60,072 nt of DNA, taken from positions 1 to 60,072 of the forward strand of contig JBBRUC010000006.1 in assembly GCA_038248205.1 (NCBI GenBank), written 5' to 3'. Below the pieces are notes generated by a model. It had not been told where the DNA came from. It did not search any database and was given only the letters and a program-made list of their open reading frames with translations. The position numbers and the translations under genes are program-made. This stretch comes from Thermoanaerobaculia bacterium (GTDB taxonomy: Bacteria > Acidobacteriota > Thermoanaerobaculia > Multivoradales > UBA5704). Below are positions 1-10,485 of the stretch, piece after piece; position 1 is the first letter of the stretch, and every line of letters starts with the position of its first letter.

Positions 1-1509
1 AACGTTGCGAAGGCCCAGGGCTATTATCGTTTCGACCAGATCAACCGGGACTACTTCGAGAGGCTGCGCAACGTCGTCCGCGAAGCAAAGCGCAACGACC
101 TGTTCGTCGAGGTGACGTTCTTCGCGCCCTTTGAAGGAGATCGAAGCCCCTGGGTGGCAGGCAACAAACAGGCGGCCGCGCCCAACCCGACGACCGGGCT
201 GATCGAACAGGTGGGCTTTACCGACCCGCGTTGGGCTGTCATCTCCGATCCGCCCAACGCCGCGAACCTGCGAATGCAGGGATTCCAGAAAACCATCGTC
301 GATTGGACCATCGACTGGCTCGGGTGCTACGACAACGTCTGGTGGGAGATCGCGAACGAACCCGAGCAGGGCAATATCGATCCGAACCGGGTGATCGCCT
401 GGCAACAACAGATGATCGCGTACGCCAAGGCCTCCGAAGCGCGTTACCTGAGGACGAACGCGACGCCGAGCAAGCCCTTGCAGGCCCGTCACCCGATCGC
501 GGTACAGCCGTTTCACAAGACGGCTGCCGAGTTCTGGCGAACTCCTCTGGGCTCGTGCAGCGTGGCAACGCCCGCCGGTTGTCGGCCGGACGTGATCAAC
601 GGTCACTACACCCAGGTTCTGACGAACAAGGCAGCGCCGTTTCCGGGAACAGGCGTAGACAACCAACTCACAGTCGGCGCAATCCGCCTGATCCGCGAAT
701 TCAGCAATCCCATGAAAGTGTTCGGTTTGAACGAGGACAACATCACACCGCTCGGCGGACCGAAAGGAACCCGCACCTTTAAAACGGACATCCCACCCGC
801 GACACTGGACGCCCGGCAGTTCGGTCTTCCCGATCCCGTGCGGGCCGAGGCTTGGGAGTTTCTGCTCCACGGCGGCGGAACCTTCGACCACTTCGGGTAC
901 CGCTACACCGAATCCAATGGCCAGAAGGTACGCGACCAGCTCGGGCGAATCCGAGCCTATCTCGCCGGGCTCAAAGTCCACGAGCTGCTGGCCTCGCCCC
1001 CAGGACCTACCGGAGCCGGCTGGTCGGACGTCGGACCCTACCCGACCAACATGAGCTGGGACTCGGAAAATCTGTCCCGCAAGCACTGGGGTGCGATGGA
1101 ATCGCGGAACTGGCAAAGCGCCGGCTCCGGGAGGAGCTTCATGCTCTACATTCATCGCAGCACGCCGCGGTGCAGGGGGGACAACGACGACTTTAACCGA
1201 CGGGTCGATCCCGCGACAGGAAGAGTCGATTTCAAGTGCGGCGGCCAGAACCTCGCTTTCGACGCCTACGACGGCCGCCGCCGGCCGACTTTGCGCTACC
1301 AAGAGATCGGCCTCACCCTTCATCTCGGTTCAAAACCGGGGACGTTCGACGTCTTTTGGCTCGACCCGACGAATCCAGGGGCGGCGCCCTTGGCACAGGA
1401 GCAGATCCAATGGAAGCCTACCCCGCAATCCTGCAAGGGGAGTAGCCCGTGCAAAATCACCTCGCCCCGATATCCTTACGACGCTCTGCTGCGCATCGTG
1501 CAGGGCTAG
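1..1509 (+). CDS. 5'-partial glycoside hydrolase-like protein (clan GH-A / GH5- or DUF4038-like TIM barrel)
   Basis: Frame 1 is open from base 1 (NVAKAQGYYRFDQINRDYFERLRNVVREAKRNDLFVEVTFF...). WWEIANEP resembles the clan GH-A acid/base NEP motif. The start lies outside the window. Confidence 0.6.
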   Translation, partial: NVAKAQGYYRFDQINRDYFERLRNVVREAKRNDLFVEVTFFAPFEGDRSPWVAGNKQAAAPNPTTGLIEQVGFTDPRWAVISDPPNAANLRMQGFQKTIVDWTIDWLGCYDNVWWEIANEPEQGNIDPNRVIAWQQQMIAYAKASEARYLRTNATPSKPLQARHPIAVQPFHKTAAEFWRTPLGSCSVATPAGCRPDVINGHYTQVLTNKAAPFPGTGVDNQLTVGAIRLIREFSNPMKVFGLNEDNITPLGGPKGTRTFKTDIPPATLDARQFGLPDPVRAEAWEFLLHGGGTFDHFGYRYTESNGQKVRDQLGRIRAYLAGLKVHELLASPPGPTGAGWSDVGPYPTNMSWDSENLSRKHWGAMESRNWQSAGSGRSFMLYIHRSTPRCRGDNDDFNRRVDPATGRVDFKCGGQNLAFDAYDGRRRPTLRYQEIGLTLHLGSKPGTFDVFWLDPTNPGAAPLAQEQIQWKPTPQSCKGSSPCKITSPRYPYDALLRIVQG

Positions 1510-1522
1510 GTCGGAGTCCGAG

Positions 1523-2569
1523 ATGAGACCGTTTTGTAAGTTCCTCTGGTTCGTCCCCATTTTCCTGCTTGCCCCGACTCTTCCCCTCTTCGGCCAGACT
1601 CCTGCAGAGGTTGCCTGCGAGGAGGCAAAGCTCGGGCGATTGATCCATCGTTTCAGCACATTGATCCCCGGCGACAACCTTTTTCTGTGGAGTGCGGGAG
1701 GCGAAGACTATTCTGGGCTCGCCGTTTCCGGACCGTTTCGGAGCGCGCAACCTATCCGCGACGAACTCCAGATTTCCTTCGATCTGAAACTACAAGCCAG
1801 CGGTGGTTTGCTCAACCCGAAGCGGCTGCTTCTGCCGCAAGCGATCCTGGTGCGCCGAGATCCCGCAACCAATCTGTCGGCGACCGAGCCGGTGATGAGC
1901 GCCTGGATCGAGCTGGCGCTTCAGGCCAGCGATCCCACTCAACCGCTCCAACCCCTACTGATTGCGGGTCGATTGGGGCGCGACTTCGGCGCGGCGAGCG
2001 GCGCAGCCCGGAGCCTGGAAGCCGAGAACCTGTTCGAGCGCTGCTCGGCGGCGGAGCCTTCGGCGTTCGACCTTGCAGTATTCGAAATCCTGTCGCGGAC
2101 GTTTCGGGTAACTGACCAACTCAAGCAGCCGTTTCCGGGACCGGGCCAGGATCGCTACAAGACGATCTTCTTTCGCGATGTGGAGCCTCTGACCTACCGG
2201 GCGAAGGTCTTTTCCTACCTTACCGCTTGCGATCCTCGGTGTCGCTATAGCGAAGCGAGCTTTCAGCTTCGAATTCATTTTGCCCTGGCCGATACCGGCA
2301 AGCTGGCGGCCGGCCGGATTGAGGCGTTGCGGTGGTGCCTCGACGGCGCCCCCCCTCCTTGCACGGCGTTCATCAATCCCGAGACGGCCGTGATCGTGGC
2401 GCCGCCGATCTTCGCCGGGCACGAAACGCAGCCGGAAGCGGTGTTTCGCAGCGGCGCGTTCTTGAATGTGGACTCCCAGAGGAGCCCCGAAAACATTCTC
2501 ACCGACGACGTACCCTGGCCGCAGATCCTGCGCGGGACGGCCTGGGACCGGCCGCTTGGGACGCCATAG
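1523..2569 (+). CDS. Secreted hypothetical protein (348 aa)
   Basis: ATG 1523 follows GGAG. Signal-peptide-like N-terminus MRPFCKFLWFVPIFLLAPTLPLFG. Tightly packed between co-directional genes. Confidence 0.7.
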   Translation: MRPFCKFLWFVPIFLLAPTLPLFGQTPAEVACEEAKLGRLIHRFSTLIPGDNLFLWSAGGEDYSGLAVSGPFRSAQPIRDELQISFDLKLQASGGLLNPKRLLLPQAILVRRDPATNLSATEPVMSAWIELALQASDPTQPLQPLLIAGRLGRDFGAASGAARSLEAENLFERCSAAEPSAFDLAVFEILSRTFRVTDQLKQPFPGPGQDRYKTIFFRDVEPLTYRAKVFSYLTACDPRCRYSEASFQLRIHFALADTGKLAAGRIEALRWCLDGAPPPCTAFINPETAVIVAPPIFAGHETQPEAVFRSGAFLNVDSQRSPENILTDDVPWPQILRGTAWDRPLGTP

Positions 2570-2585
2570 GTCTGGAGATACCGAC

Positions 2586-5309
2586 ATGCCGATCCGAGTT
2601 CGATGGGTCTTGCTGGCACTCAGTTTGGGCCTTGTCGGTTTCCGCCCCGGTTGGGCTGAACTGGTACCGCGCCTGGTTCGTGACATCGACCCGAGATCCT
2701 ACGCTGGAGGGTCCGAGCCCCGTTCCTTTGGCTCGGGCGCTGACGGATTCACGGTCTTCGCCTCGGGCAAAGAACTCTGGTACTACGACGGAAGGGAGGA
2801 TTACGCTTGGCCGATTCTTTCGGGCCGGACCCTGCGCTCCCTAGACGGTACAAATTACATCGCGGCGGACCAGGGACCGGGGCGAACCGAGCTTTGGTAC
2901 GAGGGCTCGGGCTACACCGTGACCTACGTGCTCCCGGTGCGCGAGGCGCCCTTTCGCCGGATCGGCCGGGCCTGGGGCGGCAGCCCTCTTCTTTTTGAGG
3001 CGGACGACGGCAACGGCCTCGGCCTGTGGGCGACGGATCCTAGCGGCATCTTCCATGGGGTTCGCGAAATTGCGCGCCTGGAGCCGCTGGCCGATGGCGG
3101 GCTGATCCAACGACCGCGATACGGGGAGGAGATTTTCGTCGCTCGCGGTCCGCGAATGAAAGACGCGGCACTCTGGCGAACCGACGGCTCCGCCCACGGT
3201 ACCTTTCCGTACTTTGCTCCGGCGGGAGGCGTCGAGAAGATTCTCGGCTCGCTCGGCCGGCGCGTTGTGTTTTCGGTCGGCGGAGTCGGCCCGGAGATCT
3301 GGTCGAGCGATGGCACGCTCGCCGGCACCCGCCCCTTGGCCGAGATCGTTCCTGGCCGCAGGTCCGCGCGGATCGAGAGCGCCGTCGTTTCGGCTCACCG
3401 GGTGTTCTTCGTGGCCGACGAGGGGAGAAACGGACGCGAATTGTGGGTGAGCGACGGCAATCCCCGGGGAACGCAGCGGCTCACACGTTTGGCCCCGCGC
3501 GATCCGTTCGGAGCCGCGGGTCTAACCCGGGCCGCCGTGGGCCGCCGTCTGGTCTTCTTTGCCGACGACGGCATCCATGGCCGGGAGCCCTGGTTGAGCG
3601 ACGGTACGCCGGAGGGAACCCTCCGGTTGGCGGACCTCTGCCCGGGAGCCTGCTCGAGCCGGGGCGAGATGCTCGCGAGCATCGGTCTTGAAAGTTCCGA
3701 AGAGGTGTTCTTTTCCGCCTGGACGCCGGGACGTGGTCTGGAACTCTGGGCAACCGACGGCAGTAGCAGCAGGACCCGGCTGTTTGCCGAGACCTGTCCC
3801 GGACCCTGTGACGGCGATCCGCGAGGCGTCGTCCTAGCCTATGGCTCCGCTGGGGTCAGGTTCACCGGACGCGTCGCGACGGGCGAACGGGCTCTGTTTA
3901 GCCAAGGGTTCGGCACGGCGCGCTCGGTCCGATTAACGCCCCCCGGCACCGAGGTCAACGGCGATGATCCAACCGCCGCTACGGCATTCCGATACCAATA
4001 TTTTGCCGCCTCCGATCCGGACCATGGCGAAGAGGTCTGGACTACCGAGGGCACTCCGGAGTCGACCGCTCTGTTCCTCGACATTGAAAGAGCACGAAAC
4101 GGTGGCTCGAAGCCCAGGGGCATCGGCCGGGTCGGCGATCGGCTCCTGATGAGCGCCTTCGACCCTCGGCACGGCCGGCAGATCTGGTCGAGCGACGGAA
4201 GCCCCCGCGGGACGTTTCGCCTGGCCGCGGTTCCTCTCGGCGGACGGGACAACGAAGCCCGGGTGGCCCGTGCGGGGGATCACGGAATTCTCTTGACTGG
4301 CGAACCCGACCGTTCGTCCGGCGTGATCTGGGCGACCGACGGAACGAACGCGGGAACCCATCGCCTGACTCCGCCCGAGCTTGAGGTCGTGACCTATTTC
4401 GGCGTTTTCTCGGCGGGCGACCGGGCTCTGTTCCTGGCCGACGACGGGGTCCACGGTACGGAGCTTTGGAGCACCGACGGGACTCCGGAGGGCACGCGCC
4501 TTGCGGTGGACCTGGCGCCGGGGCGGCGTTCAATGGTCGTGGAAGACGCCGAGCCGGGGGTCGGGTTCCTGCGCGGACGCGTGCTGTTCCAGCGCCGTGG
4601 CGATGACCACCGCTGGTGGTTGAGCGATGGCACCGCTGCCGGCACCATGCGCCTCGCCGAGGTCTCTCCCCTTCTCGGTTGGTCGAAGCCGAAGATGGCC
4701 GAGGCCGGAGGCCGCACGTTCTTCGTCGGTGGGCTCGAAGGGGAGAACCGGCTCGGGGTCTGGAGCACCGACGGGACGGCGGCGGGAATGCAACGCGCCT
4801 GGCTCGGCGAGCCCGGGGAGCGGGTCGACTATTTTTTCCCCACCCCGAATCGGCTCTACTTTGAAACGACGAACCACGACCCGGAAGGGGGCACGAAATC
4901 CGCCTACTGGGTCACAGAGGGAGCACCGGGAGACGCCCGACGGGTGAGCGAGAGGTTCGACTCCCAGGGGTATCGCGACGCAACGACCCTTGGCGATACC
5001 CTGCTCTATCAAAACGAGCAGTTTCAGATAGTAGCCGCCGACGGCACACTGGCCGGAGGACAGGTTCTCGTCCTGGCTTCGGGCGAGCCCGCCTACGTCG
5101 AAGTCGGCCGGGCGGCCCAGTTGGGCCGATGGGTGATCTTCCCTTACTACAATGGTGACTGCTTCGCCTGGGATGGCACGGGTTCCCCGGTCGTCGAACT
5201 CGCCGGACCGCGATGCCCCGAGTTTGTGGGCCGGATCGGCGACCAGCTGTATTTTGCCGGCGACGAACAGAGAACCGGTGAGGAACTCTGGGTGTTCGAG
5301 GACCGGTAG
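2586..5309 (+). CDS. ELWxxDGT repeat secreted beta-propeller protein
   Basis: GGAG RBS and a signal peptide. Many repeats such as ELWVSDGN, EPWLSDGT, ELWATDGS and ELWSTDGT. Confidence 0.9.
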   Translation: MPIRVRWVLLALSLGLVGFRPGWAELVPRLVRDIDPRSYAGGSEPRSFGSGADGFTVFASGKELWYYDGREDYAWPILSGRTLRSLDGTNYIAADQGPGRTELWYEGSGYTVTYVLPVREAPFRRIGRAWGGSPLLFEADDGNGLGLWATDPSGIFHGVREIARLEPLADGGLIQRPRYGEEIFVARGPRMKDAALWRTDGSAHGTFPYFAPAGGVEKILGSLGRRVVFSVGGVGPEIWSSDGTLAGTRPLAEIVPGRRSARIESAVVSAHRVFFVADEGRNGRELWVSDGNPRGTQRLTRLAPRDPFGAAGLTRAAVGRRLVFFADDGIHGREPWLSDGTPEGTLRLADLCPGACSSRGEMLASIGLESSEEVFFSAWTPGRGLELWATDGSSSRTRLFAETCPGPCDGDPRGVVLAYGSAGVRFTGRVATGERALFSQGFGTARSVRLTPPGTEVNGDDPTAATAFRYQYFAASDPDHGEEVWTTEGTPESTALFLDIERARNGGSKPRGIGRVGDRLLMSAFDPRHGRQIWSSDGSPRGTFRLAAVPLGGRDNEARVARAGDHGILLTGEPDRSSGVIWATDGTNAGTHRLTPPELEVVTYFGVFSAGDRALFLADDGVHGTELWSTDGTPEGTRLAVDLAPGRRSMVVEDAEPGVGFLRGRVLFQRRGDDHRWWLSDGTAAGTMRLAEVSPLLGWSKPKMAEAGGRTFFVGGLEGENRLGVWSTDGTAAGMQRAWLGEPGERVDYFFPTPNRLYFETTNHDPEGGTKSAYWVTEGAPGDARRVSERFDSQGYRDATTLGDTLLYQNEQFQIVAADGTLAGGQVLVLASGEPAYVEVGRAAQLGRWVIFPYYNGDCFAWDGTGSPVVELAGPRCPEFVGRIGDQLYFAGDEQRTGEELWVFEDR

Positions 5310-5423
5310 GGGGCCGAAGCAGGTTTTGCGCCTGGACCGGGTCTTACGGGCCTCGTTGTAGAATGCACGGTTCCGGCGGGGGCGGATCGCTTCCGGTCGT
5401 CCCCGCCGGGCATCGAGGCCCCT

Positions 5424-7223
5424 TTGGAAGACATCCGCAACTTCTGTATTATCGCCCACATCGACCACGGCAAATCGACGCTTGCGGATCGCTTGATCCA
5501 ACGCTGCGGCGGGGTCGAGAAACGCGAATTCCGCGATCAGCTGCTCGACTCGATGGACATCGAGCGCGAGCGGGGCATCACGATCAAGAGCAACACGGTG
5601 AGCCTGTCCTATACCGCCCAGGACGGACTCATCTACCGCCTGAACTTGATCGACACCCCCGGGCACGTCGATTTCTCCCACGAGGTGCGGCGCTCGCTGA
5701 TGTCGTGCGAGGGGGCGTTGCTGCTGGTCGACGCCTCCCAAGGGGTCGAGGCGCAGACGCTCGCCAACCTCTACGTCGCGATGGAATACGACCTTACGAT
5801 CGTTCCGGTGATCAACAAGATCGACCTTCCCTCGGCCGACGTCGACCGGGTGCGCGAGGAGATCGACGCCGACCTCGGTCTCGATCCGTTCGAGGCGGTG
5901 CTCTGTTCGGCAAAACAGGGCATCGGCATCGACGAGGTGCTCGAAGCGGTGGTTGGTCGCCTGCCGCCTCCCACGGGGAAAGCGGAAGACCCCCTGCGCG
6001 CGCTGATCTTCGACGCACAGTACGACGCCTACCGCGGCGTCGTGTTGCTGGTCCGGGTGAAAGAGGGGGTCATCCGACCGGGCCAGAAAGTGGTCCTGAT
6101 GCATTCGCGCCGCGAGTACGACGTCGAAGAGGTCGGCTTGCTTCAGCTCAAGCGGGTAAAGACCGCGGCGCTTGAAGCGGGTGCCGTGGGCTACGTCATC
6201 GCAGGAGTCAAGTCGGTCTCGGACATCGCCGTGGGCGACACGATCACCGAGGTCGCGCGGCCCGCCGCGGCCCCGTTGCCCGGCTACAAAGAAGCGAAAC
6301 CGGTGGTCTTCTCGTCGATCTACCCGATCGCCACCGACGAGTACGAGGATCTCGCCAAGGCGCTCGACAAGCTGAAGCTGAACGACGCCGCGCTCACCTT
6401 CCAGAAAGACAGCTCGACCGCGCTCGGCTTCGGTTTCCGCTGCGGCTTTCTGGGGCTGCTCCACCTCGAAGTGGTGCAGGAGCGGCTGGAGCGCGAGTAC
6501 GACCTGTCGCTCCTGCTGTCGGCCCCCTCGGTTCGCTACATCCTCCATCTGACCGCGGGGGAGAGGGTGGAGATCGACAACCCCTCGTTCTTCCCCGACC
6601 CGGCCGCCATCGCGCGCGCCGAAGAGCCGTTCATCAAGGCGTCGGTCCGCATGCCCGAGCGCTACGTCGGCGTGGTGATGGAACTCTGCCGCGACCGCCG
6701 CGGCCAGAACACGACGTTCAACTACCTGGCGGTCGGCCGGGTGGAGATCGTCTCGGAGCTGCCGCTGGCCGAAGTCCTGTTCGATTTCAACGACCGGTTA
6801 AAGACGGTCACCCAAGGCTACGGCTCGTTCGACTACGACCTGCTCGATTATCGCGATACCGATCTGGTGAAAGTGGACATCCTGGTCAACGGCGAAAAGG
6901 TCGATGCTCTGTCCCAGTTGGTCCACCGCGAGAAGGCGCGCTTGCGCGCGCTCCACTACTGCGAGCGGCTGGAGGCGACGATCCCGCGCCAGCAGTTCAA
7001 GATCGCGATCCAAGGGACGATCGGCGGCAACGTCATCGCCCGCTCGACGATCAACGCCTACCGGAAAGACGTGATCGCCAAGTGCTACGGCGGCGACATC
7101 TCGCGCAAGAGGAAGCTGCTCGAAAAGCAAAAAGAAGGAAAAAAGAGGATGAAGATCGTCGGCTCGGTCGAGATCCCGCAGGAGGCGTTCCTCGCGGTGC
7201 TCAAGACCGATCTCGACAGTTGA
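5424..7223 (+). CDS. lepA: Translation elongation factor 4 (LepA)
   Basis: IRNFCIIAHIDHGKSTLADRL, DTPGHVDF, NKID and the C-terminal AKCYGGDISRKRKLLEKQKEGKKRMK signature. TTG start. Confidence 0.98.
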   Translation: MEDIRNFCIIAHIDHGKSTLADRLIQRCGGVEKREFRDQLLDSMDIERERGITIKSNTVSLSYTAQDGLIYRLNLIDTPGHVDFSHEVRRSLMSCEGALLLVDASQGVEAQTLANLYVAMEYDLTIVPVINKIDLPSADVDRVREEIDADLGLDPFEAVLCSAKQGIGIDEVLEAVVGRLPPPTGKAEDPLRALIFDAQYDAYRGVVLLVRVKEGVIRPGQKVVLMHSRREYDVEEVGLLQLKRVKTAALEAGAVGYVIAGVKSVSDIAVGDTITEVARPAAAPLPGYKEAKPVVFSSIYPIATDEYEDLAKALDKLKLNDAALTFQKDSSTALGFGFRCGFLGLLHLEVVQERLEREYDLSLLLSAPSVRYILHLTAGERVEIDNPSFFPDPAAIARAEEPFIKASVRMPERYVGVVMELCRDRRGQNTTFNYLAVGRVEIVSELPLAEVLFDFNDRLKTVTQGYGSFDYDLLDYRDTDLVKVDILVNGEKVDALSQLVHREKARLRALHYCERLEATIPRQQFKIAIQGTIGGNVIARSTINAYRKDVIAKCYGGDISRKRKLLEKQKEGKKRMKIVGSVEIPQEAFLAVLKTDLDS

Positions 7224-7229
7224 GGGGCG

Positions 7230-7940
7230 ATGCGTCTGCTCCTGGTCGAAGACTCCCAACGCCTCCGCTCCACCCTGGAGCGCGGCTTGCGCAAGCTGGG
7301 TCATGCCGTGGACGGTGCGGCCAACGGGAGCGAAGGGTTGTGGCTCGCGACCGAAAACTCCTACGACGCGATCGTCCTCGATCTGCTGCTCCCTGAAATG
7401 AATGGCTACGAGGTGCTCGCCGAGCTGCGCAATCGGGGAAAATCTACGCCGGTGTTGATTCTTTCGGCCAAGGATCTGGTCGAAGACCGGGTGCGCGGCC
7501 TGGACCTGGGCGCCGACGACTACCTGGTCAAACCGTTCGCTTTCGAGGAGTTGGTGGCGCGCCTGCAAGCCCTCGTTCGGCGCGGCCATCAGGTCGCGAG
7601 TCCGACGCTCACCCTCGGTCCGCTTTCGATCGACCTGGTGGCCAAGCGACTCTGGTGCGCAGGGCGCGAAGTTCGTTTGACCGCTCGCGAGTTCGGCGTT
7701 TTGGAGCTGCTCGCCATGCGCCAGGGCGAAGTGGTGACCCGCCAGGATCTCTGGGAACATCTCTACGAATTCGACGCCGAGGCATCGAGCAACGTGGTGG
7801 ACGTGCTGGTCTACAGCGTGCGAAAAAAACTTGAATCCTGCAAAGGGGGCCACCTTGCCGCGCAGCTGATTCAGACTCGCCGGGGGCAAGGATACCTGCT
7901 CGACACGGCAGCTTCCGAAGAAGGGGCGGAGTCGCCGTGA
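7230..7940 (+). CDS. OmpR/PhoB-family response regulator
   Basis: MRLLLVED, receiver Asp in IVLDLLLP, GADDYLVKPF and winged-helix end IQTRRGQGY. Confidence 0.95.
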   Translation: MRLLLVEDSQRLRSTLERGLRKLGHAVDGAANGSEGLWLATENSYDAIVLDLLLPEMNGYEVLAELRNRGKSTPVLILSAKDLVEDRVRGLDLGADDYLVKPFAFEELVARLQALVRRGHQVASPTLTLGPLSIDLVAKRLWCAGREVRLTAREFGVLELLAMRQGEVVTRQDLWEHLYEFDAEASSNVVDVLVYSVRKKLESCKGGHLAAQLIQTRRGQGYLLDTAASEEGAESP

Positions 7941-9376
7941 GATCGCTTAGAAGTCGGCTGACGCTCTATCTTTTGGTCGGTTCGGGAGCCCTGCTGGCGC
8001 TCGGCGGCTTCTTCCTCTACCGCGTGATCGCCTTGCGGCTCCAGGAGGATTTCGACCAGCAGCTGGTGGCCAAAGCGCGATCGCTCGCCCTGCTCACCGA
8101 AGCGGCCGGGCGCGCCATCTGGGTCGAGCTTCCCGAGGAGGGTCTGCCCGAGTTCGCGGCCGAGACCGGCGGCGAGTACTTCGAGTTCTGGGTTCCCGGT
8201 CGCGTCTTGCGCCGGTCGAACTCTCTGGGCAATCGCGATCTTCCGCGGCCCGCCGCGGTGTCGGGCGAGGTGCAGCTGTGGGATGCGCCGCTGCCGAACG
8301 GTACGCCCGGGCGGTTCGTCCTGCTCAGCTTCTTGCCGCGGATCGACGATCACCCGGCCGGCGAGGCTCCGGACTGGGGGGGGGTGCGCTTCGATCCGGC
8401 GGGGCCGAAAGCGAGCCTGGTGCTCGCGCGTGGCCGCGGCGACCTCAATCGATTTCTCGCCGAGACCAGGCTCTGGCTCGGCGTCTCTTTCCTCTTCCTG
8501 CTTGCCGGTCTCGCGGGCCTCGTCCGCCTGAGCCTCGGATTGGGCTTGGCGCCGCTTTCCCGGCTGAGCGAACGGATCGAGCGGCTGGACGTCGCTTCGC
8601 TCGGCGAGCGGATCGATCCCACCGACGTGCCGGGAGAGATCTCCGTGGTCGTCGATCGGATCAACGATCTGCTCGGCCGTTTGGAAACTTCCTTCGCGCG
8701 TGAAAAGGCCTACTCGGCCCATCTGGCGCACGAGCTGCGGACCCCTCTCGCCGAGCTGCGGGCGGCGACCGAAATAGGAATGCGATGGCCTGACGACCCC
8801 GAGTTGGTGGCCGCGAGCCTCGGAGACGCGAAGGCGATCGGCCTGCACATGGAGCGGATCGCCGGAAATCTCCTCGCTTTAGCCCGGAGCGAGAGCGCCC
8901 AAGATCCGCCGATCGAAGAGGCGGTGCCCCTACGCGCCGCGATCGAAGAGGCCTGGCGCCCGCTGGCGCGGCCGGCGGCGGAAAAGCAGATCGAGCTGCG
9001 CAACGAGGTTCCGGAAGGAGTCGCGTTACCCACCGATCGGGCGAAGCTCGGACTGATCCTCTCCAATCTGCTCGAAAACGCCGTCTCTCACGGTTCGCCC
9101 GGAGGCTGGGTCGCCTGCCGGGCGGTCGGTTCGAACAACGGATCGAGCCCCGAGGAGGCGGTCGTCGGGCTGCAGGTGATCAACCCGGCGGCCGACCTCG
9201 CGCCGGCCGACCTGCCTCATCTTTTCGATCGTTTCTGGCGGAAGGACGGTGCCCGTTCCGGCACGCACGCAGGTCTCGGCCTGCCGCTCGTCGCCTCGCT
9301 GGGTCGGGTTCTCGGACTCTCCGTCGCCGCCGATCTGGTGGCGGGCAACCTCGAAATCCGCCTGGCCAAGGCTTGA
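7937..9376 (+). CDS. Membrane sensor histidine kinase (HAMP-HisKA-HATPase; CusS/QseC-like)
   Basis: Two TM segments, H-box AHELRTPL, N-box NLLENA, F-box LFDRFWR and G2 box GLGL. GTGA overlap with the regulator. Confidence 0.93.
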   Translation: MRSLRSRLTLYLLVGSGALLALGGFFLYRVIALRLQEDFDQQLVAKARSLALLTEAAGRAIWVELPEEGLPEFAAETGGEYFEFWVPGRVLRRSNSLGNRDLPRPAAVSGEVQLWDAPLPNGTPGRFVLLSFLPRIDDHPAGEAPDWGGVRFDPAGPKASLVLARGRGDLNRFLAETRLWLGVSFLFLLAGLAGLVRLSLGLGLAPLSRLSERIERLDVASLGERIDPTDVPGEISVVVDRINDLLGRLETSFAREKAYSAHLAHELRTPLAELRAATEIGMRWPDDPELVAASLGDAKAIGLHMERIAGNLLALARSESAQDPPIEEAVPLRAAIEEAWRPLARPAAEKQIELRNEVPEGVALPTDRAKLGLILSNLLENAVSHGSPGGWVACRAVGSNNGSSPEEAVVGLQVINPAADLAPADLPHLFDRFWRKDGARSGTHAGLGLPLVASLGRVLGLSVAADLVAGNLEIRLAKA

Positions 9377-9476
9377 ATTTCTCGCGCCTTCAGTCCCCCT
9401 CTGGGGGCGGGGACGCACTCTTGGCTCCGGGAGGACCGCTCTTCACGTCGGAGAGGGGATCAGGGAAGGACGCGGA

Positions 9477-10406
9477 ATGAGCGCACGGCATGTACTGTCT
9501 CTCGCCGATTTGGATGCATCGACGATTCAGCGGATCGTCGATGACGCCGTCTCGATCGGCGCCGGCAAGCCCTTCGGCAAACCGCTCGCCGACAAGGTCG
9601 TCGGCGTCTATTTCAAAAAAACGTCGACCCGGACGCGCACAGCCTTCACGATCGGCGCGATGAAGCTCGGCGCCTCGGTGATCTCCTACGGGCCGAACGA
9701 TTTGCAGATCAATACGGGCGAGACGCTCGAAGACACGGCCCGCGTTCTGGAGAACTACCTCGACGCGCTGGTCATTCGAACCAATGAGCCGATCGAAGAG
9801 ATGCGCGCTCTGGCCGATGCGGGCAATCTGCCGATCGTCAACGCGATGAGCGACACGGAGCACCCGACCCAGGCGCTGTGCGATCTCGCGGCGCTGCAAG
9901 AGCATTTCGGCCGGCTCGAAGGGCTCCATGTCCTCTACATCGGCGAGGGGAACAACACGACGACCGCTCTGGCCCGAGGGTTCGGCAAGCTGGCGAACAT
10001 GACGCTCACGATCGTCACCCCCGAGGGGTACGGCATTCCGGACGAGGTGGTGGCCGAGGCCAACGGCTACGCCGCTTCGACCGGCTCGAAGATCGAACAG
10101 CACCACCGGATGGATGACCTGCCGCAAGGTGTCGACGTCGTCTATTCCACCCGCTGGATGACCATGGGAGTGGTCAAGAAAGACGCCGATTGGCTGGACC
10201 GCTTCCGGCCCTACACGATCGACTCGGGCGTCATGGCCCGGGTTTCCAAGAGCGACACGATCTTCATGCACGACCTGCCCGCGATGCGCGGCTACGAGGT
10301 GCTGGACGAAGTGCTCGACGGGTCGCAGAGCATCGCGTTCCGGCAGGCGTTCCACAAAATGTCGAGTGCGATGGGTGTGCTCACGTACTGCATCCTGGGC
10401 CACTGA
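9477..10406 (+). CDS. Transcarbamylase (ATCase/OTCase family) with HDLP motif, DBTCase/DPTCase-like
   Basis: STRT and HPTQ carbamoyl-phosphate motifs are present. TRWMTMG and HDLP replace the OTCase DxxxSMG and HCLP motifs. Confidence 0.85.
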   Translation: MSARHVLSLADLDASTIQRIVDDAVSIGAGKPFGKPLADKVVGVYFKKTSTRTRTAFTIGAMKLGASVISYGPNDLQINTGETLEDTARVLENYLDALVIRTNEPIEEMRALADAGNLPIVNAMSDTEHPTQALCDLAALQEHFGRLEGLHVLYIGEGNNTTTALARGFGKLANMTLTIVTPEGYGIPDEVVAEANGYAASTGSKIEQHHRMDDLPQGVDVVYSTRWMTMGVVKKDADWLDRFRPYTIDSGVMARVSKSDTIFMHDLPAMRGYEVLDEVLDGSQSIAFRQAFHKMSSAMGVLTYCILGH

Positions 10407-10485
10407 ACGGTAGTGTCCAGGACACTATCTACTGAACGCCCGGATTCCGGCAGGGGGGCGGGTGCCGTATCATGAGCGGCATACC

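Noticed and set aside
4530-6548. 672-aa minus-strand ORF and similar long overlapping ORFs across the window
   Set aside because: They are antisense or alternative frames of well-supported genes such as lepA, as expected at this GC content.
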